Positions 54,360 through 64,000 of a stretch of DNA of 64,000 nt are shown in pieces (the stretch's first letter is position 1; the number at the start of each line of letters is the position of its first letter). Below the pieces are notes generated by a model that saw nothing but the letters and a program-made list of their open reading frames with translations, searched no databases and was not told the origin of the DNA. Both the position numbers and the translations under genes were made by a program. Origin of the DNA: Dendrobates tinctorius (lineage: Eukaryota); contig NW_027361700.1 in assembly GCF_039654945.1 (NCBI RefSeq), positions 12,834,001-12,898,000 of the forward strand, given 5' to 3'.

Positions 54360-54727
54360 CCACTGGGGCTGCGCCTCTCCCAATCCTGCGCGCGGTCCTG
54401 CTGGAGCGCTGGAGCCAATAGGAGGAGGCGCCGCTAATAGATGCAAATGTTCGTGAAAAGACGCTGCGAAATATGAAACAAGTCATTTGCTGCGAAGTAA
54501 ATCACAGAAACTGTTTATGAACTGGCAATCCCTTCCTGGAAATGTAAAGCGACAAGTCTTAAGTGCTATTTTTTTGATTATGATAAAAAACAAGGGATGC
54601 GATCTCATCCAGGCATAGACTTTTGATTGTATCTTTCTTTTATATTCCTGGAAATCAGAGACACAACCAGCCAGGATCTTTTTTGCTTCTTCTTCTTTTC
54701 TCTAGTCTGTAAAAAAGAACCATTAAA
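54360..54727 (+). promoter_or_regulatory. HoxB8 promoter / 5' UTR
   Basis: GC-rich stretch with CCAAT boxes and octamer ATGCAAAT (54441-54448). Confidence 0.55.
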
Positions 54728-55148
54728 ATGAGCTCCTATTTTGTCAATTCACTCTTCTCCAAATACAAAACAGGGGAGTCTTTGCGCCCCAATTACTATG
54801 ATTGTGGCTTTGCCCAGGATCTAGGTGGCAGACCCACAGTGGTGTATGGACCCAGCGCGGGGGGCACCTTTCAGCACCCTAGCCAAATTCAGGAATTTTA
54901 CCATGGAACGTCCTCCTTGTCGTCACCCTCCTTCCAGCAGAATCCTTGCGCTGTGACCTGTCATGGGGACCCCAGCAGCTTCTATGGATACGACCCTTTG
55001 CAGAGGCAGAGTCTGTTCAGCAGCCAGGACTCGGATCTAGTGCAATACACCGACTGCAAGTTGGCTTCAGCCGGCCTGGGGGAAGAGGCAGAGAGCTCTG
55101 AGCAGAGTCCCTCACCCACACAACTCTTCCCATGGATGAGACCACAAG
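54728..55148 (+). CDS. hoxb8: Homeobox protein Hox-B8, exon 1
   Basis: [42 protein letters not shown]...QLFPWMRPQ; donor G|GTGAGC. Confidence 0.98.
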
Positions 55149-55420
55149 GTGAGCAATGGTGGATCACAACCATAAAGTGACCCTGTTTTATGGGGGGGAA
55201 CTTGTGCACTTGTGAATTGCTTTATAGCTTAATTGCCCGGATGGAGGTTTGTGTTTTACTGCTGGACACTTCCCAGGCTCTTGGCACCCTCCTTCCCCAG
55301 CCCTTTGTAGCATGCACTGCCTTTAATTCTTTCATATCTGTACTGTATACTCTTCTTGGTGCTTGGTGTTAGCCCCGGTCATACCCCCAACCTTTATTAC
55401 TGACCCTTTGTCATCTCCAG

Positions 55421-55737
55421 CAGCCGCCGGACGCAGGAGAGGCAGACAGACCTACAGCCGCTACCAGACCTTGGAGCTGGAGAAAGAATTCCTCTTCAAC
55501 CCCTACCTGACCCGCAAGCGGAGGATCGAGGTCTCTCACGCTCTGGGACTTACCGAAAGACAAGTGAAAATCTGGTTCCAGAACAGGAGGATGAAATGGA
55601 AAAAGGAAAACAACAAAGATAAGTTCCCCAGCAGCAAATGTGAGCAGGAGGAACTGGAGAAACAGAAAATGGAGAGGTCACAACAAGACACTGAGGACGC
55701 CTTGGATGGACAAAAGGGCGAGAAGAGCCGAGACTAG
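55421..55737 (+). CDS. hoxb8: Homeobox protein Hox-B8, exon 2 (homeodomain); spliced protein 245 aa
   Basis: Acceptor CTCCAG|CAG (tandem NAGNAG); [69 protein letters not shown]. Confidence 0.98.
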
Positions 55738-56085
55738 TTTGGCCTTTTGGAGCAGACGTTCTCTAGTTCTCCCAGTCCTCGTCCTATGTTCCTGGAGAGA
55801 TGCAGGAGGGGGCACAATGTTGCTGTAGCTGTAATCCCCTCTCATCCAACTTAATACCCTAACCAGAGCCCCATAAGACCAGGAGAAACTACTACTGTCC
55901 TCCGACCTTCTTCAGGAGGAAGCGATTGACTTTGTAGTGTTTGTGTATAACGCAATAGCTTTTGTGGATGATCATTTGGGGGTTTGTTTTGTTGGGAAAG
56001 GTTTGCTCTAGAAGTTGTGTGTGCACTATTTCTCTATGTGGTTTACTGTATTTTCTTTACATATATCTATATATAAAAGAACAGA

Positions 56086-56106
56086 CCAACAACATGAAAC
56101 TGCCTA
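56086..56106 (+). promoter_or_regulatory. Near-perfect miR-196 complementary (cleavage) site in the HoxB8 3' UTR
   Basis: CCAACAACATGAAACTGCCTA is complementary to miR-196a UAGGUAGUUUCAUGUUGUUGG with the single known G:U wobble. Confidence 0.95.
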
Positions 56107-56369
56107 ATTCAGCTGTAGCCCCCCTCCCTCTAACACACTGCTAGATACCCCTCTTGTTGTCCCCGGCACCCCGCATTCTCCTTGTGTGCGAGGATGTAGT
56201 TAGCATGCGCCCAGTGAAAAGCCACTTGTGATTTTAGGGTTACTGTGAACAGAGTGTATACTGTATACGTGAATTCCTTTACCTAGGGGATGGGGATCAT
56301 TCTCTATTTTATGGTTCTGCACACTTTGTCCTATTGTCTAAACATGGAAGCGGCGGAAGAAGGAGTTAC

Positions 56370-56375
56370 AATAAA
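56370..56375 (+). terminator. Candidate HoxB8 poly(A) signal AATAAA
   Basis: Canonical hexamer downstream of the miR-196 site. Confidence 0.55.
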
Positions 56376-57839
56376 GTTTACAAGAGGGACTGTGACATCA
56401 GTGAGTTTTGATGCTTCACTTCCTCCACTTGGGATGGAAAAAAAAGAGAAATAAAGGTGTTCTGTGCTCAGAGAATGCAATCTGTAAGGCCACTGAATTG
56501 GGCTGTGTATATGATTAGGGCTTGGAGAAAGATACTAGGAATGATCTGATCAACGGGAGGAGAAAGCCATGGATCCTGGATGAGCGCAGGTAATNNNNNN
56601 NNNNNNNNNNNNNNNNNNNNNNNNNNNNNNNNNNNNNNNNNNNNNNNNNNNNNNNNNNNNNNNNNNNNNNNNNNNNNNNNNNNNNNNNNNNNNNNNNNNN
56701 NNNNNNNNNNNNNNNNNNNNNNNNNNNNNNNNNNNNNNNNNNNNNNNNNNNNNNNNNNNNNNNNNNNNNNNNNNNNNNNNNNNNNNNNNNNNNNNNNNNN
56801 NNNNNNNNNNNNNNNNNNNNNNNNNNNNNNNNNNNNNNNNNNNNNNNNNNNNNNNNNNNNNNNNNNNNNNNNNNNNNNNNNNNNNNNNNNNNNNNNNNNN
56901 NNNNNNNNNNNNNNNNNNNNNNNNNNNNNNNNNNNNNNNNNNNNNNNNNNNNNNNNATCTATCTATCCCATATCTATCTATTTATCTATCTATCTATCAA
57001 TCCTCTTTCTGTCTTGCTATTTGCTATATATAAAGTCAGAAGTTTGGCTCAGTGCATTGCATTTATAATACAGGTCTTAACAGTATGAGAAGGTTTAAAA
57101 ATTGTACATTTGTGAATACGATAAAGATATTAACAGGAGTTACTTTTGTATTATAATTTGTATAGGAATTTTAACCATAGTGTGGTTAATTATATATGTA
57201 CTGTGTGTTAGTGAAGATAAATATTACTAACAAGTTCTGTTGTACAACACTCAAGTCTATTCTTTATCGGGAGGGTTGGGGGTTATGTATGTATATATTA
57301 TTAGGAAAGGGGTCTGCAAAAGTTACTGTACCATAGGGTCCCAGTATAGCCAACAGTTATAGTGAACTATAGAATTTAAATTCCTTTTGGTTCAGTTTAT
57401 TAATCTGCAGGCCTTTGGGGTAAGGCTGGTTAATGTATGTAAAACTGATGATTGGACAGATTAGCACAAGTTTCTTTTGCAGAATTATCACTGTATACAT
57501 ACAGATGATGGGGCCCATCTAGTTCATTGCATTCTAAAATACATTTAAGGTCCATGTAGTGTAGGAAGGAATCTAAAAAAAGAAACATAAAAAATTGAAG
57601 AATAGTAAAGTTTGTGGCTCAGGGAATGGCATACTTTTATCAGATAATTGTGTCCATTATTGATAATAAATAATAGAATAAGTTCCAAAAGTAAGAGGCT
57701 GTATACAGGGAAATGGTAACCTCTTTGGAAGTGTGCATTCTGGCACAAGAAGGGTTAATGTATAAAGGTACAGAGCAGCACAGTGTACGTGTCCAATGAC
57801 ATGGGTGTAGGATGGTAACTGTTGGGACTAAGAAAAGGA

Positions 57840-59482
57840 GTGAGTGGGTCGGTGTCATCAGGAGCTGAGGCTTGTGGGGTGAGTGGGTCAGTGTGATCAG
57901 GAGCTGAGGCTTGTGGGGTGAGTGGGTCAGTGTGATCAGGAGCTGAGGTTTGTGGGGTGAGTGGGTCGGTGTGATCCGTGGCTGAGGCTTGTGGGATGAG
58001 TAGGTCAGTGTGATCAGGAGCTGAGGCTTGTGGGGTGAGTGGGTCGTTGTGATCAGGGGCTGAGGCTTGTGGGGTGAGTGGGTCAGTGGGATCAGGAGCT
58101 GAGGCTTGTGGGGTCAGTGGGTCAGTGTGATCAGGAGCTGAGGCTTTTGGGGTGAGTGGGTCAGTGTGATCAGGAGCTGAGGCTTTTGGGGTGAGTGGGT
58201 CAGTGTGATCAGGAGCTGAGGCTTTTGGGGTGAGTGGGTCAGTGTGACCAGAAGCTGAGGCTTGTGAGGTGAGTGGGTCAGTGTGATCAGGAGCTGAGGC
58301 TTTTGGGGTGAGTGGGTCAGTGTGATCAGGAGCTGAGGCTTTTGGGGTGAGTGGGTCAGTGTGATCAGGAGCTGAGACTTTTGGGGTGAGTGGGTCAGTG
58401 TGACCCGAAGCTTAGGCTTGTGAGGTGAGTGGGTCAGTGTGATCAGGAGCTGAGGCTTGTGGGGTGAGTGGGTCAGTGTGACCAGGAGCTGAGGCTTGTG
58501 GGGTGAGTGGGTCAGTGTGATCAGGAGCTGAGGCTTGTGGGGTGAGTGGGTCAGTGTGATCAGGAGCTGAGGCTTGTGGGGTGAGTGGGTCAGTGTGATC
58601 AGGAGCTGAGGCTTTTGGGGTGAGTGGGTCAGTGTGATCAGGAGCTGAGGCTTTTGGGGTGAGTGGGTCAGTGTGATCAGGAGCTGAGGCTTTTGGGGTG
58701 AGTGGGTCAGTGTGATCAGGAGCTGAGGCTTGTGAGGTGAGTGGGTCAGTGTGATCAGGAGCTGAGGCTTGTGGGGTGAGTGGGTCAGTGTGATCAGGAG
58801 CTGAGGTTTGTGGGGTGAGTGGGTCGGTGTGACCAGGAACTGAGGTTTGTGGGGTGAGTGGGTCGGTGTGATCAGGGGCTGAGGCTTGTGGGGTGAGTGG
58901 GTCAGTGTGATCAGGAGCTGAGGTTTGTGGGGTGAGTGGGTCGGTGTGACCAGGAACTGAGGTTTGTGGGGTGAGTGGGTCGGTGTGATCAGGGGCTGAG
59001 GCTTGTGGGGTGAGTGGGTCGGTGTGACCAGGAGCTGAGGCTTGTGGGTTGAGTGGGTCGGTGTGATCAGGGGCTGAGGCTTGTGGGGTGAGTGGGTCGG
59101 TGTGACCAGGAGCTGAGGCTTGTGGGGTGAGTGGGTCGGTGTGATCAGGGGCTGAGGCTTGTGGGGTGAGTGGGTCAGTGTGATCAGGAGCTGAGGTTTG
59201 TGGGGTGAGTGGGTCGGTGTGACCAGGAGCTGAGGCTTGTGGGTTGAGTGGGTCGGTGTGATCAGGGGCTGAGGCTTGTGGGGTGAGTGGGTCGGTGTGA
59301 CCAGGAGCTGAGGCTTGTGGGTTGAGTGGGTCGGTGTGATCAGGGGCTGAGGCTTGTGGGGTGAGTGGGTCGGTGTGACCAGGAGCTGAGGCTTGTGGGG
59401 TGAGTGGGTCGGTGTGATCAGGGGCTGAGGCTTGTGAGGTGAGTGGGTCGGTGTGACCAGGAGCTGAGGCTTGTGGGGTGAG
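57840..59482. repeat. 39-bp minisatellite, ~42 copies (GTGAGTGGGTCAGTGTGATCAGGAGCTGAGGCTTGTGGG)
   Basis: Directly visible, highly homogeneous array ending ~530 bp before the HoxB7 ATG. Confidence 0.97.
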
Positions 59483-59844
59483 CTGCCCTGACCCACAGAC
59501 TGGAGCACATCTGCCATGTTCCAGCACAGTCCTCCCGTCTGGATGCTCGGGGCTTTGTGGTCTGCGCCCGGTACATTACGCACGATCCATTAATAACTGT
59601 GCACAGATCTCACCGGGCGCAGACAGCGCGTTACAGCAGAATCAATAGAGAATAAATAGGTTGGAGTTTTTGTGCCTGAGCAGTGGGTTTTATGGAGGAT
59701 TGCAGCAGATTACCGCTTACTTATCGACTACATCGCCATTGCACTTTATATCATAGATCTTAGAGGACATCAAATATTTATCATATTTTATAAATCCAGC
59801 TCTACAACATTTTTTTCCACATTATAAGAGCTGTGGGATGCATG

Positions 59845-60009
59845 GCGTGGATTGGGCGCTGGGAAATCACGTGTCCTGCAGTCACATGGTCAGGGAGGAA
59901 AAAGGGGGTCCTTTTTGGTGTAAATCTGGACTCTAATTCTGTAATATATCACGGTACCTCGTAAAACCGACACTAAAACGTCCCGGCCTACAAATCATCC
60001 GGCCAAATT
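59845..60009 (+). promoter_or_regulatory. HoxB7 promoter and conserved 5' UTR
   Basis: Reverse CCAAT (GATTGG), E-box CACGTG; the leader GGTCCTTTTTGGTGTAAATCTGGACTCTAATTCTGTAATATATC...CCAAATTATG resembles the mammalian HOXB7 leader as I recall it. Confidence 0.7.
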
Positions 60010-60406
60010 ATGAGTTCATTGTATTATGCCAATGCTTTATTCTCCAAATATCCAACTGCAACTTCTGTCTTCCCATCCGGAGTGTTCCCGGAGCAAACTT
60101 CGTGCGCCTTCGCCTCCAACACCCAGCGGCCGGGCTATGGCAGTGGGAGCGGGGCGTCCTTCCCGGGAGCCATGGCCGGGATGTACAGCAACGGGGGCAG
60201 CCTGCAGACCCCGGCCATGTACCCCCCCTCCGGGTACGGGCTGGACGCGGCCCCCTTTAATATGCACTGTTCCCCGTTTGAGCAGAACCTTTCTCTGATG
60301 TGCTCCGGAGACCCCAGCAAGCAGAACTGCACAAAGAGCGAACAGAGAGACCCCGACCTGCACAGTGAGAGCAGCCTCCGGATCTACCCCTGGATGAGGA
60401 GCACAG
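60010..60406 (+). CDS. hoxb7: Homeobox protein Hox-B7, exon 1
   Basis: [15 protein letters not shown]...[12 protein letters not shown]...RIYPWMRST; donor G|GTAAGA (phase 1). Confidence 0.98.
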
Positions 60407-60747
60407 GTAAGAGGGAGGAGAGGGGCTCCAGGCGCCGGGAGTGATCCATCACTGGCTGCAGGGACACAGAGCAGCCTCTGCCCGGCAGGCTGGAGAGTAG
60501 TGGCACCAGGTATTCCTGGGATTGGGGAACAAGCGAGCCCCATAAAACCAGGGCTGAGGAGCGACGCAAACACCAGCAGGGATGATACACGGCGCAGGGT
60601 GCGGGATTTACTGGGGGCTGCAGATCCTCAATGTGCAGTAAGTGGCATAGATTCCAGCAATTCATGGGAAGCATTCCACGGAAATAGAGAGGCAGCTCAT
60701 CAGGGACAGGTTTATTGTGGAAATGCTTATCCTATTCCATATGTACA

Positions 60748-60779
<32 letters not shown>

Positions 60780-60782
60780 CCA

Positions 60783-60820
<38 letters not shown>

Positions 60821-60822
60821 TA

Positions 60823-62131
60823 CACTGGTCAACAGCATTTTTGGTGCCAAAGATATTTCATCGAATTTAGGGTATTTTTGGGGTGCTGATTCTGAATATG
60901 TCATCAGTTTTGCCAGATTGGCTCAAGTTTTTGAGATTTTTGGTATCTTATTTATAGCACTTGTTGGTAAATGCGACGCATCATCTCATTAATTTCTTTG
61001 GATTAGTACTTGAACTGAGCAGTTCTCAATATAGTTTTGTGTTAATTAGTGTTCTAAAAGTTTGTTCATAGCTTGATTTTTGCACTAACTTTATGTTGTT
61101 GTCTGTTTTCCAGTGAAAAGCATGAACTCATCAAGAAGAAGTTGTCTTAACGATCCAGACTCATTCTGTTACATTTGTGGTGAATACACACTGCCAAAAC
61201 ATAGAAGAAACATAACAGACTTCGTAAAAAAAGTGTATTTTGCCTATTTTGGGGTTATGCTTGGGGACCAAGACAAGTTTTGGGCACCACACATAGTGTG
61301 CAAAGCATGTATCGAATTATTACGAAAATGGAGCAAAGGACAAAGAAAAAGCTTCAAATTTGGTGTTCCAATGGTGTGGAGAGAGCCAAAAAATCATCAT
61401 GATGACTGTTATTTATGGTAAACACAGGTACAGGCACATCTTCACAATGAGGGACAGGCCTTCTTGCAGATTCCATGTTACTCCCATTTTCGTTTCTTAT
61501 GCTTATTGAATCCTTGCACTTGCACTGCACAGAAATAACAGTCATCATGATGATTTTTTGGCTCTCTCCACACCATTGGAACACCAAATTTGAAGCTTTT
61601 TCTTTGTCCTTTGCTCCATTTTCGTAATAATTCGATACATGCTTTGCACACTATGTGTGGTGCCCAAAACTTGTCTTGGTCCCCAAGCATAACCCCAAAA
61701 TAGGCAAAATACACTTTTTTTACGAAGTCTGTTATGTTTCTTCTATGTTTTGGCAGTGTATATTCACCACAAATGTAACAGAATGAGTCTGGATCGTTAA
61801 GACAACTTCTTCATGATGAGTTCATGCTTTTCACTGGAAAACAGACAACAACATAAAGTTAGTGCAAAAATCAAGCTATGAACAAACTTTTAGAACACTA
61901 ATTAACACAAAACTATATTGAGAACTGCTCAGTTCAAGTACTAATCCAAAGAAATTAATGAGATGATGCGTCGCATTTACCAACAAGTGCTATAAATAAG
62001 ATACCAAAAATCTCAAAAACTTGAGCCAATCTGGCAAAACTGATGACATATTCAGAATCAGCACCCCAAAAATACCCCAAATTCATTAAAATATTTTGGA
62101 CACCAGAAAAAAAAATTTTTTTCGTTGACCT
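60823..62131. mobile_element. Fold-back (palindromic) derivative of a Chapaev-like DNA transposon in the HoxB7 intron
   Basis: Ends CACTGGTCAAC / GTTGACCT(gap), preceded by TTA. Arms ~60862-61414 and 61533-~62084 are near-perfect inverted copies encoding CYICG...DQDKFWAPHIVCKAC...WREPKNHHDDCY(FC), a Cys/His pattern like the Chapa zinc-finger domain. Confidence 0.8.
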
Positions 62132-63362
62132 NNNNNNNNNNNNNNNNNNNNNNNNNNNNNNNNNNNNNNNNNNNNNNNNNNNNNNNNNNNNNNNNNNNNN
62201 NNNNNNNNNNNNNNNNNNNNNNNNNNNNNNNNNNNNNNNNNNNNNNNNNNNNNNNNNNNNNNNNNNNNNNNNNNNNNNNNNNNNNNNNNNNNNNNNNNNN
62301 NNNNNNNNNNNNNNNNNNNNNNNNNNNNNNNNNNNNNNNNNNNNNNNNNNNNNNNNNNNNNNNNNNNNNNNNNNNNNNNNNNNNNNNNNNNNNNNNNNNN
62401 NNNNNNNNNNNNNNNNNNNNNNNNNNNNNNNNNNNNNNNNNNNNNNNNNNNNNNNNNNNNNNNNNGTGCACTGGAGTTTTCCTCAGAATGTAAATTACAG
62501 TTACTTTTTTTACTTATCTTCTCTGTTATATCCCAAAGTATCTAAATTACCTGTCCCAGTTATAATTGAAATATACCCCAATGTATCTGTTGGAATGTTT
62601 ATCCCGGAGTATAGGAAAGATGTATATCTTTGCATTTTTCTATCCAGGAGTAGTTTTCCCAGTCTGCATATAGCGCTGGTATCTAGAATATGGATAATTT
62701 ATTGTGTGAGAAGTGAATGAAATAAGTTTGCTGATAGTCACATAAAGCTGAGCTGTAAGTCAGCTCCTACAGGCTTAATAGGAAAGTTTCTGCATGTAGT
62801 ATCTTCGTAATGATAATTTGAAACAGGGATAATCCCCCCATTGACCACTCATCTTCCCAAAAGGCTGACCAAATATTCATCCAGCAATTTGTCACAGTGG
62901 ATCTAATCTGACCACAAACGCGTGTGCTCCATATAAACACATGTGTATTGTGATGTGCCCAGACAAGACCTAATGTTCTAGTCATTATTCTTTCCCTCTC
63001 ACTTCTATCTAAATGCTGGTTGTCTACAGAAAAACCCTACAAAATTAAATATCATCTTACTAATGGTGTGTAGGCCCCCACTGGAGAGCATATCTGATTA
63101 CTGAAGCCCCCCATAGATACTTATACCAATACCTATCTATTTATTAATTATTCTTTCAGTCCCCTGCACAGAATAGCATTTTGGATTACAGCCCCCCCCC
63201 CCACAGTCTTACCTATCTGATTAATCCTGGCCCGTAGTGCCCCACAGGACTCCAATTCTGAACCCCATGTATCTGACAAATCATGGAAAAACAAGAACTA
63301 TTCTAGAACCTAGAGAAAATGGTGCTGTAGGCTTTAGAGATGCCTTGCTATTTGGAGCCTAG

Positions 63363-63725
<363 letters not shown>

Positions 63726-63787
63726 CCAGACCCTACAAAAGACTGGTGCCCCCCACACGATCCACTGGCTCTCCTGGATCCTGTCAT

Positions 63788-63795
63788 ACTACCTA
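63788..63795 (+). promoter_or_regulatory. miR-196 8-mer seed match in the HoxB7 3' UTR
   Basis: ACTACCTA, ~60 nt after the stop codon. Confidence 0.75.
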
Positions 63796-64000
63796 GATCC
63801 CTTTTATACTCTAGGGTTAGCCCCCTGCCCCCCGTGCCCAGTGTGGTGACAGACTAGGCTCATCTTGATGTGACTCCATATAGCGACTCTCCTTCACACT
63901 TGTCAACACTCCAAAACTGAGAGACCCTAACAAATCCAACGATTGTGACTGTGTGTAGCTCCTCGGAGACCCCCAGGTGTTTGTGTAGGACTGTGCTTTG

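Noticed and set aside
57840-59482. CRISPR-like array
   Set aside because: Eukaryotic context; contiguous repeats with no unique spacers and no cas genes
58114-59583. 489-aa and 371-aa minus-strand ORFs as real genes
   Set aside because: They are a by-product of a 39-bp tandem repeat; no domain or other gene evidence
62125-62468. Gap flanks GTTGACCT and GTG could join to complete the right terminus of the Chapaev-like element, implying a false gap
   Set aside because: The expected TTA duplication does not follow the GTG, so the 3-base match may be chance

Overview
Vertebrate genomic DNA, most likely an anuran amphibian (inferred from the repeat landscape and Hox sequences), with six N-gaps. 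The right third is the 5' part of the HoxB cluster: intact two-exon HoxB9, HoxB8 and HoxB7 on the + strand. It includes miR-196 target sites in the HoxB8 and HoxB7 3' UTRs and two CTCF-like motifs. The left two thirds have no host genes and are dense in transposons. A Tc1 element is inflated to 9.8 kb by nested insertions (hAT MITE, deleted Gypsy chromovirus carrying a Harbinger MITE, two LTR-like inserts, an 885-bp tandem duplication). Next come a Harbinger element, hAT and pogo-like non-autonomous elements, more Tc1 copies and L2/CR1/SINE/Penelope-like fragments. Four observations stand out. (1) A ~42-copy 39-bp minisatellite just upstream of HoxB7 has an estrogen-response-element-like palindrome in its unit. 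(2) A fold-back Chapaev-like transposon in the HoxB7 intron supplies a strong splice acceptor in frame with HoxB7 exon 1, plus a ~550-bp hairpin. (3) The Harbinger element has lost its transposase but keeps a fully open 7-exon MADF/BESS-like gene. (4) A minimal hammerhead-like motif lies in the HoxB9 intron. All calls were made by eye, without database searches.
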